This document shows positions 32,944 through 45,587 of a DNA stretch of 64,000 nt, piece after piece; within the stretch, counting starts at the first letter, position 1, and every line of letters starts with the position of its first letter. The position numbers and the translations under genes were made by a program. The stretch comes from Epithemia pelagica (Eukaryota; Protista; Bacillariophyta). Location: contig OX337229.1 in NCBI GenBank assembly GCA_946965045.2, positions 682,001 through 746,000 of the forward strand, read 5' to 3'. The notes under the pieces are model-generated. The model was not told where the DNA came from and searched no databases. It saw only the letters and a list, made by a program, of their open reading frames with translations.

Positions 32944-32994
32944 GACTACGAATAAAATGGTCCTTCTTCTACGAGTTACTAGTTTCTAATATCA

Positions 32995-34299
32995 TTAGGA
33001 TTGGTTGGTCGTGGCTTCGTTGGTTTCGTAATAGTAGGGTTCCAAAATGGCGATAATGGCGGTCCGATTGTTGGACCGTGCCGCATCCAAGGCGGTTTTG
33101 CCTTGCTGATCCGTGTGATGCACATTCATGGTAGAAGCAAATTCCGTCAAGAGACACTCCAAGGCCTCGACACGGCCCGATCGAGCGGCAAATTGCAAGG
33201 CGGTCATGCCTTGCCGATTCACCACATTCATGTCCCATTGCAATTCGTGACCCAAGAAGCGAATCATGGAAACCGTGTTGCGTCGAGCCGCATTGTGCAA
33301 CCATCGAGCTTGATCCAAGGTTTCCTTGGATGAGTTGGAGGCGGCTGCCAATGACGTTTCTTCTTGTTGTTGGAGTTTCCACAAGAGACGTACGGTATCC
33401 TCCAAGACGACAATGGTGGTTTTGAACAGTGGAGGAGGAACGTCTGCATCTTTTTGTTGTTCTTGGTAGGCTTCTTGGAGAAGTTCCAGAGCTTGAAACA
33501 AGGGCGGATCCTCTAAATCATCCTTTTTCTTGTTTGTTACGGACATGGGCCGGGCACCATGATCCTGGACCAACGATTGCAGAATCTTCCACCGATCCTG
33601 GACCACGGCAGTAGCCGAACCATCCTCGTCCTCTGCCTTGTCGTCATCGAGAGATTGTAAATTTTGTTGACACTCTTGCAACACACTGGTTGAGGCAATG
33701 GAAAAGGCATTTTGATCACGATACACTTGAGCACATGTCTGTACGGCAGTCTCCTGGTCCATACCTGTCAATTCGGTTTGCACGGCCGTCCAGTTCCCTT
33801 GTTGAATCAAGGTCCAAACGGATGGAGCCGACAATTGCAATTTCTCAATCAAGGAGGCGGGCGGTCGTCCAAATGCTCCTGGTGGTGTTTGTTCGAGCTG
33901 TTCCAACACGTAGTCGACGGGCAATTTGCCAAAACTATCCAATCGATTCTTATCGGCACCATACCATAAGAGCAAGTCCACCACCAATTCTTGTTGGGCA
34001 AACGAGGCCTTGTGCGGTGGTTGTACGACCATGTGCAAGGGTGTGGCACCCGTGAGAGAATTGGGAGCATTCTGGTCAGCCCCCAATTCCAACAAGGCTT
34101 GGCAGGCCTCGACATGACCCCACAAGGCTGCCACATGCAACCCCGATTGTCCCACGCCATTGGCATGCGAGGGTGGAACGCCGCGTTCCTGCACCAAGGC
34201 ACGAATCCGTTCCACATTGTTCTTTTGGGCCGCCGACAACAAGACATCCCATTCGGGACGTCGTGTGGCAGGCATGGGAGGAATAGGAGGCATGGACAT
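32995..34299 (-). CDS. Ankyrin-repeat protein
   Basis: GQSGLHVAALWGHVEACQALLELGAD, GATPLHMV, GMTALQFAARSGRVE, GKTALDAA. Confidence 0.85.
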   Translation of the reverse strand: MSMPPIPPMPATRRPEWDVLLSAAQKNNVERIRALVQERGVPPSHANGVGQSGLHVAALWGHVEACQALLELGADQNAPNSLTGATPLHMVVQPPHKASFAQQELVVDLLLWYGADKNRLDSFGKLPVDYVLEQLEQTPPGAFGRPPASLIEKLQLSAPSVWTLIQQGNWTAVQTELTGMDQETAVQTCAQVYRDQNAFSIASTSVLQECQQNLQSLDDDKAEDEDGSATAVVQDRWKILQSLVQDHGARPMSVTNKKKDDLEDPPLFQALELLQEAYQEQQKDADVPPPLFKTTIVVLEDTVRLLWKLQQQEETSLAAASNSSKETLDQARWLHNAARRNTVSMIRFLGHELQWDMNVVNRQGMTALQFAARSGRVEALECLLTEFASTMNVHHTDQQGKTALDAARSNNRTAIIAILEPYYYETNEATTNQS

Positions 34300-35245
34300 G
34301 ATGTTGGAAGGAGAGTTTGGAAATGATGTTCTTGTGGAATTGGTGAAACGAGATGCTGCAGGGGAAGGAAGGGGTCTTGTGGTGGTTGTTGTTGATGCTG
34401 CTGCAGTCGTGGAACCCTCTGTCGCAGTAGTAGGATTCCCCAACGGGTTTTCCACAGAGGCCGAGGACTGCGAACGAGCCGTCGATCCAAATGTCGACGG
34501 ACTTGGTGTCAAAACACTGAGAAAGGGAAACTGCGGAGGTGGATGCCAAGCAAGGTCTCCTGTTGCAGTCAATGTATGGTTGTTGTTGTTGCTGCTAGTA
34601 CGGCTGTTCTCCTCGTCCAGACCGCACGAGCCGCAAAAGTCTTCAAATCCAGACAAAATCTTGAAGGGTTTTCGAACACCAGAGAAGATCACACTAGAGA
34701 GAAGACTGGGAGGATATCGTTGCTCGAGTGTCTTACACTCGGATCAAGTGATGAGACAGATTCGTAACGATCAATGTAATCACAAACCTGCACCTTTTTA
34801 TGGGTCCATTGTCACATTCCACACCGCGAAAGACCCGATTCCACATCCGGGTACTATTGGTAGCGCCGGTGATGTCATCAAACGTGACTCAAGGGAGTCA
34901 GACTCAAAAAGCGCCTATTGTAACTTGCCCCAGCCCCAGCGGGGGTGATCGAGTCCCGCAGGCCTCAGTCGGAAAAAGTTGCGTGTGAGTAAGGCATTGC
35001 ACCTAATAGTGCGACTGACAGGGTCACCCCGCTTGGAAGTATCGTGTCTTCATCAAGTTGATCAAAGCAATCATTTTGTAATCGCTGTCGGAAGAACATC
35101 TCCAGAGCGCTGGTTGGCAACAACGGTGTGCCCAAACGAGATCTTTCATTCGTTCCCGGCTTGGACTTTCCGCCTTTGTCCTCCCAAGTTCCAAGCACGA
35201 ACCGTTGGTTCTAAAAATCCGATTTGCTGATCCCAGATCTTTATC

Positions 35246-36433
35246 ATGTCGATTCAAGAGCGAGCAAGCTTGTCCGGACTTGCTTTTGTCGGCAATAACA
35301 GCAAAACTCAAAATCCAGAATGGCATAAATTGCAATGGCCCGAGCTTCGTCTCCATAGGTTTGCTTGTGTGGTCGTGCATCATCCTGATGATAAAAGCAA
35401 CGAAATTGTAGTTGTTTTGGGGGGCAAATGCTCCGACGGTATTTTAAAGATGCTTGATTCTGTGCGTTATTTAAACGCTGGAGAAAGCAACCCACAGTGG
35501 AAGGAAGCACCAAGAATGAATAGAGGAAGAGCAGACCATACTTGTGCTGTATGTAATGGAAGCATTTATGCCATCGGAGGGGTTCATGACCTGTTTCGCG
35601 CATCGGATGGGATTGAGAAGATTACCTTAACAGATTTGCTTGAAACAACAATGAATGCAAATGAAAAGAAACAGTGTTGGACGACCTTGAAATGTAGATT
35701 GTCTGAACCAAGACGCGAATGTGCTTCTGCTGTTGTGAGGAATCGCTTTATTGTGGTCGTTGGTGGGTTCAATTCCATCTTCCAAGGTTCAACGGTCAAT
35801 ATCATTGACACGGCAGTGCACGATCAGCACGTTGTCTCTTGCGGTCCAAGCTTGGCTGACACAATAGACAATTTTGGAATGGCCGTTGTTGGTCGCCGAG
35901 TCTATGCCGTTGGTAGTGGCTATTGTCTTGGGGAAGGGCGACATCTTGACACTATACAATCTTGTGAATTTGATGAAGACCAGTCAGGTGTCGCTGATTT
36001 CCATAGGAAGCCTTTGTGGAAGGTACACAACAACATTTTCCCTCACCACCTTCATCGCCACCCTCATTTCCACGCCGTTACAGCAGTAGGATCATGTTTG
36101 GTTGTTGCTGGGGGAGGCGACTGTCCGGTCAAAGTCATTGACACCAAGAGACGTAAAATGTGGAGTCTGCCATCATTCCCTTGTCCTCGACACCAATGTG
36201 ATTTGTTGACCTTGTCCACGGGAGTTGTTTCTGTTAGGACTGGTTACGAACAAGGAACTGTTTTTGAAGCACTGTCCTTAATGGACAGAAACACTGCAGT
36301 GTTTGCAGGGTTGATGTCTTTGCCAAGAATTACAGGGTTGAAGTCTTTACACAAAATTCCCATACGAAAACCCAAACGAATTCCCAAACGAAAACCCAAG
36401 CGAAAACACTGGACCAGACGCAAGAAGCACTGA
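35246..36433 (+). CDS. Kelch-repeat protein, copy 2 (inverted paralog of 24740-25975)
   Basis: Nearly identical N- and C-termini to copy 1. Flanks are also homologous (about 35050-36540 vs 26160-24624). Confidence 0.85.
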   Translation: MSIQERASLSGLAFVGNNSKTQNPEWHKLQWPELRLHRFACVVVHHPDDKSNEIVVVLGGKCSDGILKMLDSVRYLNAGESNPQWKEAPRMNRGRADHTCAVCNGSIYAIGGVHDLFRASDGIEKITLTDLLETTMNANEKKQCWTTLKCRLSEPRRECASAVVRNRFIVVVGGFNSIFQGSTVNIIDTAVHDQHVVSCGPSLADTIDNFGMAVVGRRVYAVGSGYCLGEGRHLDTIQSCEFDEDQSGVADFHRKPLWKVHNNIFPHHLHRHPHFHAVTAVGSCLVVAGGGDCPVKVIDTKRRKMWSLPSFPCPRHQCDLLTLSTGVVSVRTGYEQGTVFEALSLMDRNTAVFAGLMSLPRITGLKSLHKIPIRKPKRIPKRKPKRKHWTRRKKH

Positions 36434-36540
36434 ATCCGATGCGAACGAAGCGCGATATGCAGTCAACGATGTGTTCGTTGGACGCCAAGCAAGGACTGTG
36501 GTTCCTTTGGCCAAAATACCACTATCGAGTGCTTCTAAGA

Positions 36541-38407
36541 TGTTTTAGGGACAGGCCGCAGACCATTGCCCTTCCCAACGGCAAAGAGCTCTTGTCCAAT
36601 ACAAGTATGGACATTCAAAAGGGCCATCGCTATGGATTGATTGGAAGAAATGGGGTGGGAAAGTCATGCTTGCTTCAACGACTGGCCCAAAAATCCATTC
36701 CAGGCATGCCACATGACATGCGTGTTTTGCTGGTACAACAACAACTCGCCGGCAGTAATGAGACACCACTGCAAGTTCTACAAAAGGCAGACGTCCATCG
36801 CGTACGACTGTTGCAAGAGCAACAAGAGCTGGAAACACTGCTCGAAACAATGGACGATTTGTCGCAGACGGAAATTACCAACACGGCAGAACGACTGGGA
36901 GCTATTGCCCAAGAACTCGACGCTATGGATTCCGACAAAGCCCAAGAACGGGCCTTGGCAATTCTGCGAGGCCTCCAATTTCCTCCGGACTGTTGGAGGC
37001 ACCCACGCACACTCTTTCGGGTGTGGCTGGAGGATGCGATTGAGCCTGGCACGAGCACTCTTTGTTCCAAGCGATTTGTTGCTCTTGGATGAAGTATCGA
37101 ATCACATTGACCTCGCCGGTTTGGATTGGTTGATTCGATATTTGCAGCAAGATCGCCAACGCACCATGATCCTTGTATCGCATGACCGATCGTTTCTGGA
37201 TGCGGTTTGTACAGACATTCTTCACATGAATCACCAGGTGTTACAGTATCATCCGGGAAACTTTTCCGAATTTGAACGTCAGCAGGAACAAAAGTCGGCT
37301 CGACAAGCACAAATCCTCAATGCCTCGGAACGACAACGAAACAAGTCAGAAGCATTTGTCCAGAAACAACAAGCCTTGGCTCGCAGCAAGTCTGCGGATC
37401 CCAACAAGCAGAGACAAGCCAAGATGATCAAGGACAAGAAACTAGATCGAATTGGGAATTACAGGGAAGATGGCAAAAGGTACAAACTGGATGAAAAGAA
37501 TTTGCGGCTGGCACAAAAAGTCACAATCGAAGTGGACGAGCCAATCATAAAGATGCATTTTTTAAACCCGACATGGCCCATTGGGATCGCTCCCGATGAT
37601 GTCATTGTACGAATGGAAAAGTTCAGCTTTGGCTATTCGGACAGTAGCAACAAGATCCTCCAGAGCAATACGCTTAGCCTAATTCGGGGAAGCAAGGTGG
37701 CGTTGGTTGGCAACAACGGATCTGGGAAATCAACCCTCATGCGTCCGTTTGCACAAGATATCAAACCATCGGATTACAGCTTGAGCGGCGAGTTTTGGCA
37801 TCATCCAAACATCAGGGTTGGACACATGACCCAATTCTCCGTAGAAGAGATGGAACAATATGCACATCAAACAGTTGTGGAGTACGCCGAAGAAAAGCTA
37901 CGATCCTGCAAGGCCTCGGCGAGCATTGTCGCCAAGGCATCGGGAAACATTCGACAGTACTTGGGAGCATTTGGTCTGGGAGGGAAGCACGCGTTGCAGC
38001 CCATTGGGAAACTTTCTGGAGGTGAAGGAATGCGACTTTGCTTTGCAGCAGTTTTGGCGGAGGAGCCCCATTTGCTATTGCTGGATGAGTCCACGAACCA
38101 TTGTGACTACGAAACTCTCGACTCCATGTCCAAAGCGCTAAATGAATATCAAGGATCCGTTCTGATGGTCTCTCACAACCAGGGATTCTTGAGCGGGTTC
38201 TGCCAAGAATTGTGGGTGCTCCAAGAGGGTCGTATAGCGGTCAACCACAGCGATACAAGCACGTTCGATGAACTCTTTTCCGATTACCGATCAGCAGCAA
38301 CATGTTCATCTTCTAAATTGGAAACTCGCCGTCAACAAAACGTAAACATGGCGAAGCGTGCAGAAGTCCAACGAGCCAACGCAAAGCAGAAAACGGCATT
38401 GGTGTGA
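36541..38407 (+). pseudogene. ABC-F family ATPase, 5'-truncated and frameshifted
   Basis: Walker A GRNGVGKS and GNNGSGKST, LLLLDE motifs, no TM segments. Two frameshifts (about 36990 and 37020) break the first LSGGWRMR signature. No native start. Confidence 0.8.
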
Positions 38408-38871
38408 ACAACCATGATTCCGAACCTATATCCGTTGTTCGCGATGCACGGGCAAACGTGAACTCTGTATGTTAATGCAAAATACAAAATAGAGGTAAAG
38501 ATATGTAGATCTTATTCCGATAAGTCCATAATGGCAACAGGCATTTTATTAAATGGGTTATATAGAATCATTGTGTGAAACCTTAAAGCTCAATCAAGTG
38601 TCTTGTCGCAAGCAAATACATCTCGACTGTAAAACAACAGAGTAGCAATCAAAAGTTGTCACTTGAACAAGAGCTTGTCGGAAACCGACGACCTGCCCAA
38701 CCTTTCGGACCATGCAGGTTGTAAGCAAGGCTTGCATCCTGCGATTGAATCATAGATCGCTTGGTTTGTATCATAAATTACAAAGAGTATCATAGATCAC
38801 AAGGAGTAGCGATCGAGAAAACAGGGACCAAATATCTTGTTGCATCCGGGTACGACAATCATACCGTGTTC

Positions 38872-41595
38872 TCAAATCCAATAAACGTGCGTCAGTTCAA
38901 AGGGTTTTTGACGGCCACATCCCGTCAGTCGAAGGGCCAACTCTACATCTTTGGCTGTGGTCCACGTGTCATCGTCCAACAAGGTCAAGAATTCCACCAC
39001 TCGTTGTGCCTGATTCTTGTGTTGGAATACTTGTGTCTTGTTCCAGGACGTCACTTGGCCATCAATGGCAAATTCCAAATGAAAATCATCGCAATACTCG
39101 GGAACTTTGGGTTTCAATCGTCGCTGCTGCGACAAGGACTGAGACTGATTCCCTGCGTGGTCGTCCCATGCCATGGTAAGGTTGTTCTCGAGACGCCGGT
39201 GCTCGGACGACAAGGCACGTTTCGGACAGGCTTTTTCATTGTTTTCACTGCACCACGCTCGGGTGGCGGCAGGGGCCGCAAAAGCCCACGAATGCACTTT
39301 GATCATAATAACGCCATGCTCCACTTTCGGTAAGTTGAAGATGATCCATCCCGAGTAACCATCCATAAAGAGACCTCTGGCATAAGGAAAAGAACAAGAT
39401 GAAAAGTGAATGAAGGAGAATGTATGAGTTTGCATGAGTCCATCCTTTTCTTTCCATGCTGATTGCAGTCCTTGCGAATCACTCACGTTCGGAAGTCATT
39501 GTGGCCGTACAGTAAACAGGACCCAGTGCGACGACACCACGAATCATGCTCACCGTCACAACCATCCGTTCCTGCCGAAGCGCCGCCGCCTCCAAATTGC
39601 CACCCTTTTCCTCCCTTGATGATCTCGGGTTTGTGCTTGGAGCCAGTCCCTGAACTGTCGTCTTGAAACATGCGGCCTTGAATATCCTGGGCAGAATCAT
39701 GAATGCGCGCCAAGTTTTTACCAAAGGGAACACCGTTTTCGACAATGGCCAGGACATTGATTTGACCCTTGGGTGGATCCAATGTAGGGTTGTATACGTC
39801 CGGAGGATCGTAGTCGTTACCAACCGGATTGAGATTGGGATGTTCACTCCCGGCAATGATGGCACGCAAGCTCGTGGCCCAAGGACGATTGCGAGGCGTA
39901 TTTTCCGTGCGTCCCTTGGCCTGGTAGGCACAAAACTTGACTGAAATTTTCTTGTCCTTGCACCATGGCTCCCAGATGGCTTTCTTCTCCTCTACTTTGC
40001 GTTGAATAGACTTGTAATATTCGGTGACATGCCAGGCCTGGTCCTCCAGCGCATGATTGGGGGCACTGTTCCACCTCTTCAAAACGTCTTGCAGGGCCAA
40101 CAAAATGGTAAAGGTAAACGATCGAGCCTGGATTTGATGTTCTCGGTTCCCGGGATGCCAGCCCGCACGACCTCCGGGGACAGCTTGCTGTTTCGTTTTG
40201 GGTTGGTGAGACAATTTGATTCCTTCCCATTCAAAGTTGCTTCGATCCTCCCAGCACGTTCCATTGTATCGTAGTTTTGTACAATACGCTTTTAAGGACT
40301 TTGGGCAATTCATGTATTGAATGGCCCATGGAAGTTGTTCCAATTCCGAAAGGTTTCCCACCGTATGAGACATGTACGGACCAAAGTTGGAGCCATAACG
40401 GGCAATGTCGGCCCCGGTGTTACGATTGACCTTGTCGAGAATATCGCCTGCTTTTTCCGAAAACCACAAGAGGGGCGCGCGATCTATCCCCACCAAGGCT
40501 TGAATGGCCATAATGCCTCGAGCTGATTTCTCTTTTTCCGTCATGGAGGAATCCCACAAGAGACAATCCACATCGCGGCCATAAATGTCACCGGAAGCGA
40601 CGGTATTGTGCAAGGTCCCCAATCCTCCCATGCCAAAATTCCGCCCCGACATTTTGACACCCAGTCGAGCGAAAAGGGGTTCCAAGATTCTTTGAATTTG
40701 AATGGTATAGGTCTGCTGAAAATGATTTCCATGTCCTAGAATCCAGTAGACGCAACGTAGGGTTAGCACACACATTCACGTGCTGTGTATGGTTGACAAC
40801 AATCGCTGTAAACCCTACAAACGCAAAGAATGAAACAAGTTAATCAACAAACGTACCAGCAGCGGCCGAATGTCCGGCCATGGCCACAGTGAATCGGTCT
40901 TGGGTCATGACGGCATGCAAGACGCGTCGTTGCAGTCCTTCGTACGAGGCCTTGGGCATGTAGCCACCTCCTCCACCCAATTCCCCGGTACCAAAATGGG
41001 GAGCAAACAATAGACTGCGTTCTTCAAAGGGTGTATTGGGCAGGTCTGCTTTGCCACGGCCATATTCCGACAAAATGGCCTCCATGGCTCGTTCCGTCAA
41101 CTGGATCGCCTCGGGTAGAAACTTGGCAAGATACTTGCTATCCGTCTGCCATGCCGTCGAGGGAAAGTTCTTTCGAGGAACATCACGATTGGGATATTGA
41201 TCATAGAATGCATTGTTTGGACGAGAGGCAGCTTGGTCATCGACAAGGTCCCATTTTCCCCATTGTTGGTCCAAGCTAGCTCGTTCCGAATCCGATAGTG
41301 TAGCTCGTCGAAGATATGTTTCCGAATAGTAGGATGGATGCTTCCGATAACCCTTTGGATCCTTTTTATAACGTTCTACCACCAGTGAATCGACTTGTTC
41401 TCCCAGAAACCTTTGAATGCGAGCCTGGTCTGGATCACCATCACCATCGTTCCACCAAGCGTGTCGACTATGCGCTGCTTTGGTCAAAGTGGCATTCGTT
41501 TCTGGAGCAGCCCGTAACGACGAAGCATCCGCCGTATTGCAACTGAACAAGGAGACAACAACCAAGAGGACCCGTGAGACAATCAATGCCACCAT
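38872..41595 (-). CDS. Secreted SGNH/GDSL-hydrolase-like protein, 2 introns
   Basis: Signal peptide, then F.VAMAGHSAAAG|HGN, RNFGMGG, LLWDSSMTE and WHPG motifs. GT-AG introns near 40735-40845 and 39375-39487. Confidence 0.6.
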
Positions 41596-41984
41596 TGCTG
41601 CAGAGTGAGAGGATGTTGATTTTTCTAAAATGTCGATCGGTCATTTTCCGAAAAAATCTGCACGGCATTCATCTTTTTCGCGACTGGATCTGGTGATTGC
41701 TTCCTGCGACTGAAAAGGTTATGAGACACGAAGGCAACTCTGCGCCGAACTCATTTTTAGGTTGATCACCGCAAAGATCTTGTATCAAATCAAATTGTTC
41801 GTCAGACCACAGAGAGCTTGGACAACCTAAAGGTCAACCGTAACCCACGACAAAGGCGAAGTAGAGAAAGGAGGAAAGAGAGTACAATAGAAGAATTCGT
41901 GGAAGGCTTTTGCGGCGACGACAGTACAGATTTTTGACGGTTGTGTTGTGTGTGTGATTGACCACATCAATCATGTCCATGTTC

Positions 41985-43785
41985 TCCATGATTGCCCGGA
42001 GTGCCTCGAAACGAGCTTGGTCGATTGACAGTGTCGAACGGTTGACGGCTGCATGTCGAGCCACGAACGCCATTTCTCAGTGCAGACCACTCAATGGTTC
42101 TTTCGCCACACGAATGAAGACTTTTATGACACGAGCACAGACAGTGCCGTCCTCGTTGGTAATTTCCAGAACCGTGCGACCACAACCGCACCGCTTATCA
42201 ACAACGACAACATCTGCACCCACTCGGCCACCTCGTCGGACCAACGTGAGTAAAGAAGAACGAGCCGCCTTACGTGCTGCCCGTAAAGAACGAGCCGCCT
42301 TGGTGTTGCAACAGCACCAAAAAGAATCGGCAACCACGTCCCAAGGAGGTACCGCTTCCTCCCAATCGACCTCCAAATCCTCGTCCTCCTTTTCCATGAT
42401 TGCTCATCGTATGGGGTGGTGGTTGTATGTGGGAGGCTTGGGAATTCCCACGGCCTTGGTCGTGTGGGGATGGAATGACAAGGATAGTCCACCGGCGCAG
42501 CTGGCCAAGGCGATTGGATTGAGTAAACTCGTCAACAACTTTGCCTACGAACTCTCCAAACCATCCCATGATAAATTATTACCGGATTGGTCACAGGTAC
42601 GTCTCGCAATGTTGGTTTATTTGGTATTCTCAGACAGTAATGAAGTTATGGTGTCGTGTCTATCGGCCTTTTGCTCAAGGCCGTGTCATGCGTATGAAAA
42701 TTACCATGTTCGGTGGGGAACACAACAAAACATGATATTGAGAAATTGAGTTATTGATGAGACAGATGTTTTGTTGGTACTCTCTTCTTTGCTCACACGG
42801 ATTCCCCTTTGTCCTTCATGTCCACTTGGATTGTTTGTTGCTTGCTTCTTGAAATGCTCTCTTGTCTTATTATTTCTAATTCCAGATGCCCAATGTTCCG
42901 CACGACATTCCGGTTCCACACACATTGGTTTTGGATTTGGAACAAACCTTGGTGGGGTCGACCTGGGATCGGAAATATGGTTGGCGTCATGCCAAACGAC
43001 CGGGGGTGGACAAATTCTTGCGTGATTTGGCACAGTATTATGAGATTGTCTTGTATTCACCGAGTCACGAAGGCTTGGCCGCTCCCGTGGTCGATGCCTT
43101 GGATAAAGAGGGTTGTATTATGCATCGTTTGTATCGCGAGGCCACTCATTTTCACAATGGTGTCCATGTCAAGGACTTGAAACGTTTGAATCGCGATTTG
43201 AATCGCATGATTGTCTTGGATGACGATCCCTCCGAAGTGCAATTCAATCCGGAAAACCTCATCCGTGTCAAGCCCTATACGGATCCAGCCGATCGAAACG
43301 ATACCACCTTGGCCCGGATTACTCCCTTTCTGATTGAAATTGCTCGCGAAGGATATTCCGACATTCCCAAATTGTTGCGACAGTACGAAGGAATGGATGC
43401 CGATGATATTGCTGATGAACAAGAGAGACGGTTAAACAATATCAAAGAGCAACGATTGAAAATCCGACAACGGGGATTGGGTTCCTTTGCTCCACAACCC
43501 GGTGCCGTGGGCGGTGTCATGGCCTTGACGGAAGCACCCGAATTGCCACCGGCTGCCACCAATGCGGCCGCCGCACCCTCTCAATTAACGGCCAAAGATA
43601 TTGCCGGCCAAGCTGCCGCAATCACCGGAGGAGGAGAAGATGCTGCTGGATTGTTGGGATTCATCAACCGACGGGCGAAGGAACGAGAAGAGCACCAAAT
43701 GCGAAAAATGGAAAAATGGACTCAAGTGATGATGAAAAAGCAAAAAGAAAAGGAAGAAGCAGCCAAGCAACAGCAGGCATCATAG
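41985..43785 (+). CDS. TIM50: Mitochondrial import inner-membrane translocase subunit Tim50; intron 42597-42885
   Basis: R/S/T-rich presequence, single TM, NIF domain TLVLDLEQTLV..WDRKYGWRHAKRPGVDKFL, KDLKRLNRDL. Confidence 0.9.
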
Positions 43786-44001
43786 CGCGGTAGTTGAACT
43801 CGCTGCAGAAAGATAAAGAAAATCAATGTTGTAGCACAATTCTGTACTTGAAACATGTCAAACATGTCATGACATGGTTATGGAGAGAAAGAATATGTGT
43901 GATCGTATGATTACATCGAGCTAAAACTAACATGTCAGACAATACGAAGCATAGGGATAGGCGTTTTAAAAGTTACTACGGAGCAGTGAATGGGAGAGGA
44001 A

Positions 44002-44893
44002 TCAACTATCACCAGCGGCTGCCGTTTCTTGTTCCACAGAAGTGATAATTGCTTCTGTTTTTGACTTGGAAAGAATTTGATGTTTGACTGTACCAGGTAG
44101 ATCCGCGTTCATGGTCATGGTAAAGAGTTCCATCTTTTCAGAAGCCGCTGAGGCTCCTCCTGTACCATCCATGGTCTTTTGCAACACCTTGACGGCTAGT
44201 TTCAAGGCTTGTTCGACAGTGGGAATCGATCCTGGACTGCCCCCTTCGTCTTTTTGATACTCTGATTTCAAAATGGATTTTCCTGCCTGATTGTTGGCCC
44301 CAATCACAGTGGCCTTCCAACCCGAATAGTTCCCCGACGGATCTGATTGATACAATTGAAAGCCATGTACTTTGTCGTATCCTGCAAACAAGAATGCTAC
44401 ACCAAAGGGTCGCATCCCACCAAATTGTGTGTAATATTGTTTGTAGTCACAAACGTATTCCACTAATTGTTCCACCGGAATATCTTCCTGATACTGATAC
44501 CGGTAACGGCCCGCACGTAATCGAGCCTGTTCCATGAGTAGATTGGCATCCGCAGTTAATCCAGCCACATTGGCCGCCAAATGGCCAGCCAAGGGATAGG
44601 TCTTTTCCGAACTAGATTTGTTGACTGTAGACGGAGCCAACAATCCTGAACTAATGCGCTTCTCAGAAGCCATGACGATACCGTCCGAGGCCAAAATTCC
44701 TACACAAGTACCAGCATTGTTGATCGCTTCGATCGCATACTCCACCTGGTTTGTGGTTGTGAGAGTTGAAATAATATCAATGAGGTACACAGCACACGGA
44801 AATAACCAACAAATGACAAAGACGTAACCTTACCTGATGAAGCCGACCTTCCGGTGAAAAGGTCGTTGTGGATGAATCATAACGTCGTGCCAT
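44002..44893 (-). CDS. PSMA4: 20S proteasome subunit alpha-3 (PSMA4/Pre9), one intron
   Basis: Exon 1 MARRYDSSTTTFSPEGRLHQ spliced to VEYAIEAINNAG; AGLTADAN, RPFGVAFL, SDPSGNYSGWKA. Confidence 0.95.
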
Positions 44894-45272
44894 GGTGACA
44901 AAATGGAGCAATGGATATCAATCGAAGCCCTTCTTTGAATACACTCCTCGCGGATGGAGCTCCGATGGCACAAGAAAGCAATGGAATGGGAAAGATCCAC
45001 TGAGTCCAATGATGCAGTCAATCACGAATAGCGCGTCATCCAACTCGGATGCTATGCATCTACGGTTGGAGTAGATTTTAGACGGCAGGCGAGCATTGAA
45101 TGTTTGAATGTAGTCCTTCATCTTTCATCACAACCTTCAGGGAAAAGACTCGCGACTATTTCTAACTAAATAACGATATAGATACATTCTCTGCGGAATA
45201 CACGACGAATCATAGATTTATGTATGAGCGAAATGCATAACCCCAAACAGAATGGAACGCAGTGATGAACAA

Positions 45273-45552
45273 TGTTAGAACCTATTGTGGCCTGACTGAT
45301 GGTCGCCCTTATAACAGTCGGGATTAGCGCTGTGGCCTCTATAACGGTCGGGATTAGCGCCTTGGGATTCGACTACTGGGGAAACTATGTACGGGATCAG
45401 GTCAGATGAATGGGAGTCGAAATAGGTCTTACTCCCACGGGGACACAAACAAACACAGAATACGATTAGGATAACGAAAACAAAATATTAGTAATGAGAT
45501 CATAAGTTTGGGAAAACAAAACCTAATAGGCCAGTCTTAAAGTGTTCTAGCA
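45273..45552 (+). repeat. 5' LTR of Copia B
   Basis: TGTTAGAAC...GTTCTAGCA terminal inverted repeat (1 mismatch), internal duplicated ATAAC(A/G)GTCGGGATTAGCGC, 35 bp upstream of the gag ATG. Confidence 0.65.
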
Positions 45553-45587
45553 CGCTTCGAAGCGAAAGGAGATCGCTCGAGACAACA

